From the sequence record PQ671644.1: DNA of 64,000 nucleotides; one strand, given 5' to 3'. Positions within the stretch are counted from its first letter, which is position 1; every line of letters starts with the position of its first letter. Positions 47,454-57,722 of this stretch are shown in pieces. A program made the translations under genes and the position numbers. Origin of the DNA: Escherichia phage DCP80. The notes under the pieces are model-generated. The model saw only the letters and a program-made list of their open reading frames with translations. It ran no database searches and was not told the DNA's origin.

Positions 47454-49688
47454 TTATTCCTTATTGGCCGCTTCCACGGCCTTCATGATTTGAGCAACGT
47501 TCTGTACTTGTTCAGTTGACATAGCGTTACGGTTATATAAAAAGTGTGAAACAATCGGGTGATTCTTTTCAAATTCAAAAACCATTTTATCGCTTGTTAC
47601 CGAAGCGTTTTTGGTCAGGTCGTCATAAATCTTATTACAAAGGACCAGCGTTTCCTGCATGGTCTTATCAACCGTTCCACTGTTATATGCGTTATAAGCA
47701 AAGAACTTATTGAACTGCATTAGTTCGGCATAGTCAGTATTCACATCTTTCTGAACATCTTTCGCATAAAAATACTTGAACATAAAATTCAGTTCTGCAT
47801 ATTCAGACAGGATAGGAATATAATAACGCGAACGGCTTGAAGCGGCAATGTACTGGTCCGCATCAACCGCATCAATCAATTCCACATAACGATTGACTGC
47901 AGCTTCAATCAGACAATCACATTGCGCCAGCTTGGTAACCTTTTTCTGAAGCTGTGGACGAATAACACAGAATTCATTGATTTCCAACAGGTTTGCCAGT
48001 TTACACAATGTCTGGGTCCCGAAGGTCGTGGTGCCATATTCCTGATTCAACGGGGAAATGCTACTGCGGTTAATGAATACAGCATAACCATCGATTTCCT
48101 CTGCATCAGCTGCACATGTAAATTCTTCAACAGACTGCCATTTGCCATTAGTTTTAGTCCAACGAATCAATGATGGAGTCTTTGACTTAACGCGCGCTTT
48201 CGGGTCAGCAACCGGAATCCAGTCTTTTACAAGGGCAATCAGTTCAGATGTACGATAGATATTAACCGTATCGCCTTCAAATCGTTCCTGGAGTTGAACC
48301 ATCAGACGTGTTTGAATTTCGCTGGTTGGGTCAACGAACAATAGACTACTACCTTGTACAGTCGGAACTTTACCAGATGCTTTGAGCTTTTTGGCTTTCG
48401 CGCTGGTGTCATACAGCATTGAACTGATACCACGAATCATCGCAATTCGCCCTTTAGCATCGTCAATAACAATATTCAAGGTATCATTATGAATACCAAA
48501 CATGCTTGTCAGGCTTGCAGTATTCGTGTTCGAGCTTGAGTTACGCAGACGTTTCAGACGGGTGGTGCTATAGATATCATAGACAACCCCGGCATTAATA
48601 AGGTCTTTGTCCAGCTCAAACATTTCGTACATCTGGTTAAAAGTCAATTGTGATTTTGTAAATTTCGTTTCAGCATTACGAGCTTTCAGAAAATTACGAG
48701 CTTCATAATTCAGATTCTGTAATTCGCGATACGTGTGGCGGATACATTCTGATTCCTGCCATTTCTTACAATCATCTTCCATAACTTTCTTATCAAGGGA
48801 TTCAATACGTTCAACGATATTTGCGACCGTACGTTTGTCCAGCGATAATGCTTCACGAGAAGGAGCGATATCCAGCGAACCCATCGGGAACTTAATAAAG
48901 ACAACATCATTTTTGGCAGTCATCCAGGTTTTCTTTGTATAACCGTCGGCAATTGGATAAACAATTCCACCGTAAATTGCATAAAGACCATAACGTTCTG
49001 GGCTACTATAATTAATACGCTCTGGAGCATAATAATCATCAAATTCTGGGAAGTAATTAATTTCGCCTACGCCTTGTACTTCAGCCAGTCCGGCAAATGG
49101 GCGCATGATATATGCAATCTCGTGGCGGAACTTACCAAAATCATTACTATCAACCGGGACAACAACTTCAATCCCCGTCCGGTCACCAGGTTTCATTGGT
49201 TCGCTAAAGGTTGGCTTAATCTGTGGGCCATCGCCGTCCATATAAGCGACATAACCATTAACTTGACCATCGTGATATGAAATCAGGCTAAACGTCTCTG
49301 TATAACTAAACGGAGATTTAGAACCCAGACCAAAGCCACCAATAAAATCATTGGATTCTGCCTTGGATGATGCAAAGAAACTGTTATACAGACCTGGGGT
49401 ATTTTCATCACCACGAATCTGGAAATCACTCATACCCGGACCAAAGTCACGACATACAAAACGTGGGTCCAGTTCACCAGGAGCTTGCACAATGAATTTA
49501 TCCTGACAGCCATTGAGCATATGAGCATCAATCATATTGGTAATCAGCTCACGGACAACCGCGCGCACCTTGTTTGTATAAAGGTCGCTGGTCAGAATCT
49601 TAAACACCTTCGGAGATGCCTGGATTGTGAATGCTGACGCCTTGGCACCATTACCAAGGATTGTTTCCTTTTCAGTTTCTAAAATCAT
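47454..49688 (-). CDS. rIIA: rIIA protein
   Basis: 744 aa; matches T4 rIIA (ETEKETILGNG.K..AF.I.ASPKVFKIL.SDLYTNK.RAVVRELITNMIDAH, FVCRDFGPGMSDF, GGFGLGSKSPFSYT, MGSLDIAPSREALSLD). Confidence 0.93.
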   Translation of the reverse strand: MILETEKETILGNGAKASAFTIQASPKVFKILTSDLYTNKVRAVVRELITNMIDAHMLNGCQDKFIVQAPGELDPRFVCRDFGPGMSDFQIRGDENTPGLYNSFFASSKAESNDFIGGFGLGSKSPFSYTETFSLISYHDGQVNGYVAYMDGDGPQIKPTFSEPMKPGDRTGIEVVVPVDSNDFGKFRHEIAYIMRPFAGLAEVQGVGEINYFPEFDDYYAPERINYSSPERYGLYAIYGGIVYPIADGYTKKTWMTAKNDVVFIKFPMGSLDIAPSREALSLDKRTVANIVERIESLDKKVMEDDCKKWQESECIRHTYRELQNLNYEARNFLKARNAETKFTKSQLTFNQMYEMFELDKDLINAGVVYDIYSTTRLKRLRNSSSNTNTASLTSMFGIHNDTLNIVIDDAKGRIAMIRGISSMLYDTSAKAKKLKASGKVPTVQGSSLLFVDPTSEIQTRLMVQLQERFEGDTVNIYRTSELIALVKDWIPVADPKARVKSKTPSLIRWTKTNGKWQSVEEFTCAADAEEIDGYAVFINRSSISPLNQEYGTTTFGTQTLCKLANLLEINEFCVIRPQLQKKVTKLAQCDCLIEAAVNRYVELIDAVDADQYIAASSRSRYYIPILSEYAELNFMFKYFYAKDVQKDVNTDYAELMQFNKFFAYNAYNSGTVDKTMQETLVLCNKIYDDLTKNASVTSDKMVFEFEKNHPIVSHFLYNRNAMSTEQVQNVAQIMKAVEAANKE

Positions 49689-49695
49689 GTTTTTC

Positions 49696-49905
49696 TCACT
49701 TTATGCTACGTTTGATTAATTCTGCAACTTCAAGAAGTTCATCCTTTGTTGCGGTGTCTGAAGCTATTTTATTACGGATTTCTTTGAAGCGTTCTTTAAA
49801 CTCTTCGGCTTCTCTTATATCAAAAAATCGTTGGATAACGCGGTATTCTTTATGAACAGCTTTATCAAACAGTTCCATATTAACTTTGAAGTTCGTCATT
49901 TCCAA
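49696..49905 (-). CDS. hypothetical protein (69 aa; rIIA.1 position)
   Basis: Small ORF immediately upstream of rIIA. Confidence 0.45.
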   Translation of the reverse strand: MEMTNFKVNMELFDKAVHKEYRVIQRFFDIREAEEFKERFKEIRNKIASDTATKDELLEVAELIKRSIK

Positions 49906-49972
49906 TCTCCTGTAATATTTTTCTCATACTACGCATGGTAGCTTTATGTTCTTGGTCATGGTATATCAATGC

Positions 49973-50000
49973 NNNNNNNNNNNNNNNNNNNNNNNNNNNN
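49973..50000. other. N-run (scaffold junction)
   Basis: 28 n. Confidence 0.95.
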
Positions 50001-50119
50001 GACTATAAATTATGGAATCTTTCCGTTCTTTCTTACTGAAGTATTCTGGGTTAACAAAAGGCCAAAGACCTTAGAACCATTATACACAGTAAAAATAAAA
50101 GCGTTAAAGGCAAAAAGTA

Positions 50120-50148
50120 GTGTACATAAAAGATGAATAGTATATAAT
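50120..50148 (+). promoter_or_regulatory. T4-type early promoter (second copy of 9037..9065)
   Basis: GTGTAC-17nt-TATAAT then GATTCCGTACTGAGTT leader. Confidence 0.5.
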
Positions 50149-50195
50149 GATTCCGTACTGAGTTATTCAATCGTCCGTAAGATGAGAAAAATATC

Positions 50196-50942
50196 ATGAC
50201 TTTATCAAAAACCAAAACGCTGAAAGTTAAACGTCGTCTGGAACACACTCAAGCTTCCGCTAAACGTCGCGGTAAGGACTTTAACCTGGATTTTGATTAT
50301 CTGGTTAACATTCTTGACCAAAAAGTTTGTGCTTATTCTGGTGAGACATTTAATAACTCTATTGAAGGTGAGAAGTTATCATTAGAGCGTTTTAACAATG
50401 ATATTGGTTATATCAAGGGTAATGTTATTCCTGTTAAAAAGAAATACAATACCATGCGTTCTGATTGGACCCTGGATGAGCTTAAACAACGCCGTGATGA
50501 TGTTGCTGTAAAAATTGCTCGCCCTTCTGCCAAGAAGATTGATAAGTTAAATCTGACTGCAGAGAAATGGGAACAGATTAAAAAGTCATATACTCATATC
50601 AAGAACATCCAGCATAAACGTGATAATCGCGTTAAGCATTATGCTCAAATGAGTAAATCAGAGCAGTCCAAAGAAAACCAATTAAAAATGGTTGCTCTGA
50701 AGGCTCGCATTGATGGTTCCCGTGTTGCGGAAGGTCATGAGCTTACTAAATTGAACGTTTTGCTCAAAGGCAATGACTGGAAAGTTACCAAGAAATTAAC
50801 TGATGCTGAAACGCTTTTTGATTGCTATGATAAAATCATTCAAGGTCTTGAGCGTTTTGAGAAGATTGGTTTTATTGGTAAATTAAAACTGAAACGTGGT
50901 CTGCCTTTGAACGCGTCAATTTTTAAACTGATTAGAGGTTAA
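50196..50942 (+). CDS. hypothetical protein (248 aa) at the srd position, diverged copy
   Basis: About 55% identical to 8247..8990 with identical last ~25 aa; flanks near-identical. Confidence 0.55.
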   Translation: MTLSKTKTLKVKRRLEHTQASAKRRGKDFNLDFDYLVNILDQKVCAYSGETFNNSIEGEKLSLERFNNDIGYIKGNVIPVKKKYNTMRSDWTLDELKQRRDDVAVKIARPSAKKIDKLNLTAEKWEQIKKSYTHIKNIQHKRDNRVKHYAQMSKSEQSKENQLKMVALKARIDGSRVAEGHELTKLNVLLKGNDWKVTKKLTDAETLFDCYDKIIQGLERFEKIGFIGKLKLKRGLPLNASIFKLIRG

Positions 50943-50943
50943 T

Positions 50944-51243
50944 GTGATGTACTACGCATATGTGCTAGTCTACAAAGATAAAGATGGTTTTGAACATCCA
51001 TTGGAGTATGATGGAAAGGTGACCTTATACACCACAAAAGTGGGCGCAGAATATGAACTTGCCAACTATTCATATACTACAAAACGCTATTTAAGTATGG
51101 GACGTATTGAAACACGGTATATTCCCAGAAAATGGTGGTTTGATAAGCGTGAAACAAAAACAGTTTTTCCTACTGAAGAACGTGCCCGCGAACTGAAATT
51201 AATTTTAGATACTTTATATGTTAAGCGAGTAAAATTGGCATGA
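50944..51243 (+). CDS. hypothetical protein (99 aa; dda.1 position), second copy
   Basis: 93% identical to 7946..8245. Confidence 0.5.
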   Translation: MMYYAYVLVYKDKDGFEHPLEYDGKVTLYTTKVGAEYELANYSYTTKRYLSMGRIETRYIPRKWWFDKRETKTVFPTEERARELKLILDTLYVKRVKLA

Positions 51244-52568
51244 TTAAATTTGAAGACTTGAACACAGGACAAAAAGAAGCTTTTGATTATATCACTGAAG
51301 CTATTCAGCGACGTTCGGGGGAATGTATCACTCTGAATGGCCCAGCTGGCACAGGTAAGACCACTCTGACAAAATTTGTCATTGACCACTTAGTGCGTAA
51401 TGGAGTTATGGGAATTGTGCTTGCTGCACCAACTCACCAGGCGAAAAAAGTTTTATCTAAATTGTCTGGTCAAACGGCGAATACAATCCATAGTATTCTG
51501 AAGATTAACCCGACCACATATGAAGACCAAAACGTTTTTGAACAGCGCGAAATGCCTGACATGTCAAAATGCAATGTTCTGGTTTGTGATGAAGCAAGTA
51601 TGTATGACGGGGCTCTGTTTAAGATTATTCTTAACTCTGTTCCTGAATGGTGTACTATTCTTGGGATTGGTGATATGCACCAGCTGCAACCAGTTGACCC
51701 AGGAAGTACACAACAAAAGATAAGCCCATTCTTTACGCATCCTAAGTTCAAACAGATTCATCTGACTGAGGTCATGCGAAGCAATGCTCCTATCATTGAA
51801 GTGGCGACAGAAATTCGTAATGGTGGCTGGTTCCGTGACTGTATGTATGATGGTCATGGTGTGCAGGGTTTTACCTCACAAACCGCTTTAAAGGATTTCA
51901 TGATAAACTATTTCGGTATTGTAAAAGATGCTGATATGTTGATGGAAAACCGGATGTATGCGTACACGAATAAATCAGTTGAAAAACTGAACAATATCAT
52001 TCGCCGTAAGCTCTATGAAACAGATAAAGCATTTTTACCGTATGAAGTCCTGGTTATGCAAGAGCCACACATGAAAGAGCTGGAATTTGAAGGCAAGAAA
52101 TTCAGCGAAACCATTTTTAATAATGGTCAGTTGGTTCGCATCAAGGATTGCAAATACACTTCCACAATTCTCCGTTGTAAAGGCGAATCGCACCAGTTGG
52201 TGATTAATTACTGGGACCTGGAAGTTGAGTCAATTGATGAAGATGAAGAATATCAGGTTGACCGCATCAAAGTTTTACCAGAAGACCAGCAACCAAAATT
52301 CCAGGCATACCTGGCTAAAGTTGCTGACACATACAAACAGATGAAAGCCGCTGGTAAACGTCCAGAGTGGAAAGACTTCTGGAAAGCTCGCCGGACCTTC
52401 TTGAAAGTTCGTGCTCTTCCGGTCAGTACAATCCATAAGGCACAGGGTGTTTCAGTGGACAAAGCATTCATCTATACTCCATGCATCCATATGGCCGAAG
52501 CTTCATTAGCGAGCCAGTTGGCTTATGTAGGAATCACACGAGCGAGGTACGACGCATATTATGTATAA
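51240..52568 (+). CDS. dda: Dda DNA helicase, second copy
   Basis: Differs from 6621..7949 by a single residue (V to I). Confidence 0.92.
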   Translation: MIKFEDLNTGQKEAFDYITEAIQRRSGECITLNGPAGTGKTTLTKFVIDHLVRNGVMGIVLAAPTHQAKKVLSKLSGQTANTIHSILKINPTTYEDQNVFEQREMPDMSKCNVLVCDEASMYDGALFKIILNSVPEWCTILGIGDMHQLQPVDPGSTQQKISPFFTHPKFKQIHLTEVMRSNAPIIEVATEIRNGGWFRDCMYDGHGVQGFTSQTALKDFMINYFGIVKDADMLMENRMYAYTNKSVEKLNNIIRRKLYETDKAFLPYEVLVMQEPHMKELEFEGKKFSETIFNNGQLVRIKDCKYTSTILRCKGESHQLVINYWDLEVESIDEDEEYQVDRIKVLPEDQQPKFQAYLAKVADTYKQMKAAGKRPEWKDFWKARRTFLKVRALPVSTIHKAQGVSVDKAFIYTPCIHMAEASLASQLAYVGITRARYDAYYV

Positions 52569-52800
52569 GGTACATAAAGAAGATTTAGATAATCTCATCT
52601 ATGGTATTCAGGACGCGGTTGAATTTTTCGAAGATAATCCGACTATCGTCGTGCAGGGTAATTACGTTTTACTGGAACTGAATCTTATTCGGAAACGTAT
52701 GGCCGCGATTGAATATTTTAACAATGAAGAGCCAGGGATTTTTATCTCCGACTATGTTGCTGGTGAAATTCAGAAATTAAAAGAGATGTGCGATGATTGA
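52561..52800 (+). CDS. hypothetical protein (79 aa), second copy
   Basis: Matches 6389..6628. Confidence 0.5.
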   Translation: MYKVHKEDLDNLIYGIQDAVEFFEDNPTIVVQGNYVLLELNLIRKRMAAIEYFNNEEPGIFISDYVAGEIQKLKEMCDD

Positions 52801-53476
52801 TGCTATTATTGACTTTGAAACTCTGGGAAACGGCTCGAAGGGAGCCGTTATTGACCTGGCCCTGATTACATTCGAATCTGACCCTGCTATTGTGGAATCG
52901 TTCGAAACCCTGGTTAATCGCGGCAAACGCATTAAGTTCAGCCTTGAATATCAAAAAGGTAAGCGGCTGTTCGACACAACAACTATGGGTTGGTGGAAAA
53001 AGCAATCAGCCGAAGCACGTGTTAACCTGGTCCCTTCTGCGCAAGATGTTGATACTCTGACTGGTATCCAACAAGCAATTGACTATCTGAATGACAATGG
53101 AATTAACAAATACGAAAGCCTTATGTGGTGCCGTGGAATGTCTTTTGACTTCCCGTTGTTTGTCGACCTTATCCGCGACCTGCAGCGCAATGAGGGGATT
53201 CCTGAGCGCGAATTGAATACCTATAACCTGGAGCCGGTTGTATTCTGGAACCAGCGAGATATCAGAACAGCAATCGAAGCCCTGTCACTCGTCCGTAAAA
53301 TGTGTGAAACTCCATTACCAAAGGGGACTTTAGATGGATTCGTGGCGCACGATTCGGTACATGACTGTGCGAAAGATATTTTGATGCTTAAGTACGCCCA
53401 GCGCTATGCCCTTGGTTTAGATGAAGTTCCTTCCGAAGAAGATGCAGACCCATTATCTTTGCCGAAAAAACGATAA
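52793..53476 (+). CDS. dexA: exonuclease A (DexA), second copy
   Basis: 227 aa, a few substitutions relative to 5713..6396. Confidence 0.75.
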   Translation: MIDAIIDFETLGNGSKGAVIDLALITFESDPAIVESFETLVNRGKRIKFSLEYQKGKRLFDTTTMGWWKKQSAEARVNLVPSAQDVDTLTGIQQAIDYLNDNGINKYESLMWCRGMSFDFPLFVDLIRDLQRNEGIPERELNTYNLEPVVFWNQRDIRTAIEALSLVRKMCETPLPKGTLDGFVAHDSVHDCAKDILMLKYAQRYALGLDEVPSEEDADPLSLPKKR

Positions 53477-53482
53477 AAAGTA

Positions 53483-53512
53483 GTGTACAAGGCCAATGGA
53501 AAGAGACATAAT
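53483..53512 (+). promoter_or_regulatory. T4-type early promoter (second copy of 5677..5706)
   Basis: GTGTAC-18nt-CATAAT then CATCAACTACTGATGAGGA. Confidence 0.5.
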
Positions 53513-53543
53513 CATCTCATCAACTACTGATGAGGACAACAAA

Positions 53544-53696
53544 ATGATTACTTCTTTTGAAATTGGCCAACAATATGAAATGTCCGCTCTTCAAGCTGCT
53601 GAAGCAGGTCTGACTAAAGCGTTTGAATGTGCATTTGCAAATATTCGTGGTAAAATCTTTACTGTCAATAAAATTGCGGTATATGATAAAGAAACA
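53544..53696 (+). CDS. hypothetical protein, N-terminal fragment (copy of 5388..5645)
   Basis: ATG 53544 after GAGGA RBS; truncated by N-run. Confidence 0.45.
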
Positions 53697-53720
53697 NNNN
53701 NNNNNNNNNNNNNNNNNNNN
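53697..53720. other. N-run (scaffold junction)
   Basis: 24 n. Confidence 0.95.
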
Positions 53721-53721
53721 T

Positions 53722-54180
<459 letters not shown>

Positions 54181-54209
54181 AAGTAAAGCAAACTATTAGA
54201 GGACTCAAA

Positions 54210-56189
54210 ATGGCTTTATTATCCCCGGGCATTGAGCTCAAAGAAACAACGGTCCAAAGCACTGTTGTTCGTAACGCGACGGGTCGTGCGGCGCTGGTTG
54301 GTAAATTCCAGTGGGGCCCAGCTTTCCAGGTAACTCAGATTACAAACGAAGTGGAACTTGTCGATTTGTTTGGTGGCCCGAACAATATCACGGCTGACTA
54401 CTTTATGAGTGGAATGAACTTCCTTCAATATGGTAATGACCTGCGCACTGTTCGTGTTGTTAACCGTGATTTTGCTAAAAACGCATCTCCGGTAGCAGGG
54501 AACATCGAAAGTACAATCGCTACTGCTGGTTCTAACTATGCAGTCGGTGACGCTATCCAGGTTAAATACAACCAGACTGTTGTTGAAACTTCTGGCCGTA
54601 TCACCAAGGTTGACGTTGACGGGAAAATCCTCGCGGTCTTCATTCCGTCTGACAAAATTATTTCCTTTGCAAAATCTGTAAACCAGTATCCTGCTTTAGG
54701 CCCGGCTTGGGCTGCTGAAATCCTGACCACTTCTTCAGGTGTGTCTGGCACGATTACCCTCGGGAAAATTGTTACCGATTCTGGTATCCTGTTGACCGAA
54801 GCAGAAAATAGTGAAGAAGCTATTACCTCTCTGGAATTCCAGGCTTCCCTGCAGAAATATGCAATGCCGGGTGTTGTTGCTCTTTATCCTGGTGAAATCG
54901 GTTCGACTCTCGAAGTTGAAATCGTTTCCAAAGCTGCTTATGATGCTGGCTCTTCAAAGATGCTTGACATCTATCCGAATGGCGGTTCCCGTGCTTCTGT
55001 AGCTCGTGCAGTGTTTAACTATGGCCCACAGTCTGACGACCAGTATGCAATCATCGTTCGCCGTGATGGTGCTATCGTTGAAAACGTCGTTCTGTCAACT
55101 AAAGAAGGCGATAAAGACGTTTACGGCAACAACATTTATCTGGATGACTACTTTGCAAAAGGTACTTCCAATTACATCTATGCAACTTCTCTGAACTGGC
55201 CAAAAGGTTTTGCAGGCATCATCAATCTGATGGGCGGTATTTCTGCAAACGACCAGGTGACCGCTGGTGATTTGATGCAAGGTTGGGACCTGTTTGCTGA
55301 CCGTGAAGCACTGCATATTAACCTGCTTATTGCTGGTGCTTGTGCTGGTGAAGGTGATGCGACTGCTTCCACTGTTCAGAAGCACGTAGTTTCTATCGCT
55401 GACGAACGTCAGGATTGCTTGGCATTTATCTCTCCACCGAAAGGTCTGTTGGTTAACGTTCCACTGACCCGCGCAGTGGATAACCTGATTGACTGGCGTA
55501 CAGGTAGTGGTGCATTTGATACTGATAACATGAATATCAGCACGACTTATGCAGCGATTGATGGCAACTATAAATATCAGTATGATAAATATAACGACGT
55601 TAACCGTTGGGTTCCTCTGGCAGCTGATATGGCTGGTCTGTGTGCTCGTACTGATGATGTTTCTCAGCCTTGGATGTCTCCGGCCGGCTATAACCGTGGT
55701 CAGATTCTGAACGTTCTGAAATTGGCAATCGAACCACGTCAGACTCAACGTGACCGCATGTATCAGGAAGCTATCAACCCGGTTGTTGGTTTCGCAGGTG
55801 GCGATGGTTTTGTTCTGTACGGTGATAAGACTGCAACTAAAGTTCCATCTCCGATGGACCATATCAACGTTCGCCGTCTTACGAATATGCTGAAGAAAAA
55901 TATCGGTGACGCATCCAAATATAAACTGTTTGAGCTTAACGATAACTTCACTCGTGCATCATTCCGTATGGAAACTTCTCAATACTTGGATGGTATTCGT
56001 GCGCTCGGTGGCATTTATGAAGGTCGTGTAGTTTGTGATACTACTAACAACACCCCAGCGGTCATAGACCGAAATGAGTTTGTTGCTAGTATATATTTTA
56101 AACCGGCAAGGGCGATAAATTATATCACACTTAATTTCGTAGCAACAAGCACGGGCGCTGATTTCGATGAGCTGATTGGACCACAATAA
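54210..56189 (+). CDS. 18: tail sheath protein gp18
   Basis: 659 aa (identical length to T4 gp18); N-terminus LLSPGIELKETTVQSTVV...GKFQWGPAFQ and FMS.MNFLQYGNDLR match T4. Confidence 0.95.
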   Translation: MALLSPGIELKETTVQSTVVRNATGRAALVGKFQWGPAFQVTQITNEVELVDLFGGPNNITADYFMSGMNFLQYGNDLRTVRVVNRDFAKNASPVAGNIESTIATAGSNYAVGDAIQVKYNQTVVETSGRITKVDVDGKILAVFIPSDKIISFAKSVNQYPALGPAWAAEILTTSSGVSGTITLGKIVTDSGILLTEAENSEEAITSLEFQASLQKYAMPGVVALYPGEIGSTLEVEIVSKAAYDAGSSKMLDIYPNGGSRASVARAVFNYGPQSDDQYAIIVRRDGAIVENVVLSTKEGDKDVYGNNIYLDDYFAKGTSNYIYATSLNWPKGFAGIINLMGGISANDQVTAGDLMQGWDLFADREALHINLLIAGACAGEGDATASTVQKHVVSIADERQDCLAFISPPKGLLVNVPLTRAVDNLIDWRTGSGAFDTDNMNISTTYAAIDGNYKYQYDKYNDVNRWVPLAADMAGLCARTDDVSQPWMSPAGYNRGQILNVLKLAIEPRQTQRDRMYQEAINPVVGFAGGDGFVLYGDKTATKVPSPMDHINVRRLTNMLKKNIGDASKYKLFELNDNFTRASFRMETSQYLDGIRALGGIYEGRVVCDTTNNTPAVIDRNEFVASIYFKPARAINYITLNFVATSTGADFDELIGPQ

Positions 56190-56227
56190 GGCTTTACATC
56201 TGATTTAATTTGGGCTATAATGCGCGT

Positions 56228-56878
56228 ATGTTAATAAATACGCGCAAGGATTTACAAGTGATTATAGATAAATTTGTTGAAGTTAAAATCATGTACTGTA
56301 ATTATCAGTATTTTTTGGATTTGGGATACGACTTGAAACCATTAGGTGCCGCTAAGTGGGGCTATAAATCACAAGTGATTATGGCTAAAGTTGAAGATAT
56401 GCTCCCGGGTTCAAACAAATATGTCAATTGTCAATGTGATAAATGTGGTGCTACATTTAAACAAAGAATTGCCAGGAACACAGATGTGTGCTATCCATGC
56501 CGCAAAAATTCTTTTATGAAGGGAAATAAATTAGGCGAAGCAAATAAAGGAAAGGTTATTTCCTGTATGCAAGGTGATAAACATCCAAGATGGAATCCTA
56601 ACAAAAAAGAATTTGATGCATATGGAAGACGTGTTAGATGGTTAACTCTCAAACAAAAAGATATTTGGTCAAAATGGGAAAATGCAGATAAGATAGGAAA
56701 ATGTGGTGTAGAAGGTGCATATCAACTTGACCACAAAGTTTCTATTGCATATGGATTTTATAATCACATACCAGAGACTGTTATCGCTTCGCTCAACAAT
56801 TTATCTATAGTCACTTGGGAATCTAATAGGTCCAAAGGAAAATCAAATAGTATTGACTTATGGGATATATTATCCTGA
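56228..56878 (+). CDS. HNH homing endonuclease (free-standing, inserted between genes 18 and 19)
   Basis: Zinc knuckles CQCDKCG / CYPCRK, then HNH core (GDKHPRWNPN ... YQLDHKVSIAYGF ... NLSIVTWESNRSKG); first in-frame ATG at 56228 (track ORF begins at TTG 56210); weak RBS. Confidence 0.7.
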   Translation: MLINTRKDLQVIIDKFVEVKIMYCNYQYFLDLGYDLKPLGAAKWGYKSQVIMAKVEDMLPGSNKYVNCQCDKCGATFKQRIARNTDVCYPCRKNSFMKGNKLGEANKGKVISCMQGDKHPRWNPNKKEFDAYGRRVRWLTLKQKDIWSKWENADKIGKCGVEGAYQLDHKVSIAYGFYNHIPETVIASLNNLSIVTWESNRSKGKSNSIDLWDILS

Positions 56879-56902
56879 CAGTAAATGTAATTAAGCAGTA
56901 AA

Positions 56903-56955
56903 CCGTAGAACCATTATACAATGCTATAAATAAAAGCATATCATCGGTTCTACGG
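56903..56955. repeat. 10-bp perfect inverted repeat (CCGTAGAACC / GGTTCTACGG) enclosing a late promoter
   Basis: Arms at 56903-56912 and 56946-56955; 33-nt loop contains TATAAATA at 56925-56932. Confidence 0.6.
56925..56932 (+). promoter_or_regulatory. late promoter TATAAATA (distal, upstream of gene 19)
   Basis: Exact TATAAATA inside the inverted-repeat loop. Confidence 0.45.
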
Positions 56956-57013
56956 ACTCCTCAGAGCTCCTCCAGCGACCTAAATACATTTATTGATGAA
57001 TCATATTACCTAG

Positions 57014-57021
57014 TATAAATA
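57014..57021 (+). promoter_or_regulatory. late promoter TATAAATA (proximal, for gene 19)
   Basis: Exact TATAAATA 52 nt upstream of the gene 19 ATG. Confidence 0.55.
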
Positions 57022-57073
57022 CATGCATCAGGGACGCGTTCGCGCGACCTGTGTCTATAAAGAGGATTCCTTA

Positions 57074-57104
57074 ATGGAGTTGACCGATATCACACGCGCT
57101 TTCG
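57074..57104 (+). CDS. 19: tail tube protein gp19, first 10 codons (truncated by N-run)
   Basis: MELTDITRAF resembles the T4 gp19 N-terminus (..DDVTRAFESGDF); GAGGA RBS; follows gene 18. Confidence 0.55.
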
Positions 57105-57140
57105 NNNNNNNNNNNNNNNNNNNNNNNNNNNNNNNNNNNN
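57105..57140. other. N-run (scaffold junction)
   Basis: 36 n. Confidence 0.95.
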
Positions 57141-57170
57141 CTTTTGCCTGACGTTCAGCTTCTTCTTGTG

Positions 57171-57365
57171 TCATGATTTATCTCCGTAGATATCACGCAT
57201 CAGTTTAAGCACAGCTCGTTCGGTCTTCTTTTCCTGCATATCTTTGACGCTGGCGGCGGCCCATTCTTCAGCTTCGCGCTGCATTTCTTCCTCGGCTCTG
57301 GCTACCCAGGAATCATCAATCCCTGGAGTAACCAACCAATCTTTAAGCCAACTTGTAATTCTCAT
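57171..57365 (-). CDS. hypothetical protein (64 aa), copy of 28382..28576
   Basis: Identical translation. Confidence 0.45.
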   Translation of the reverse strand: MRITSWLKDWLVTPGIDDSWVARAEEEMQREAEEWAAASVKDMQEKKTERAVLKLMRDIYGDKS

Positions 57366-57722
57366 TTAATCACACGAGCTGGAAGACGAATCGCAGCTTC
57401 CTGAATCATAGGAGGAATAAGACGAATCACCAGTCCACGAACTGACGGCAGCAGCGACTACAATCGGAGTCATATCAATATGCGGTGTAGTATCGACATG
57501 GCTTGTAGAACGTCTTGAATCCAGATGCTCTTTTAACTTTTTCGAATTCAATGGCAATGCACCTGGTCCGACATTACCGGCTTTTTCTGGTCGGCGACGA
57601 ACTTCTTCCATCATACCATCGCCCATGTAAACATATTCTCTTAGCTTGACATCTGGTAGGCTAACAGGAACCACGCCCTCGTTTGGTTTGGTCTTGAATA
57701 AATTCTTGAGCCAACTAATCAT
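57366..57722 (-). CDS. hypothetical protein (118 aa), copy of 28022..28381
   Basis: Near-identical translation (a few substitutions). Confidence 0.5.
   Translation of the reverse strand: MISWLKNLFKTKPNEGVVPVSLPDVKLREYVYMGDGMMEEVRRRPEKAGNVGPGALPLNSKKLKEHLDSRRSTSHVDTTPHIDMTPIVVAAAVSSWTGDSSYSSYDSGSCDSSSSSCD

Larger units (their letters stand above)
56210..56955 (+). mobile_element. homing-endonuclease insertion between tail sheath and tail tube genes
   Basis: T4 has no gene between 18 and 19; the inserted HNH ORF is followed by a 10-bp inverted repeat flanking a TATAAATA. Confidence 0.55.

Noticed and set aside
55095-55862. 255-aa minus-strand ORF inside gene 18
   Set aside because: Antisense to the tail sheath gene; Cys/Val/Thr-rich translation typical of antisense frames.
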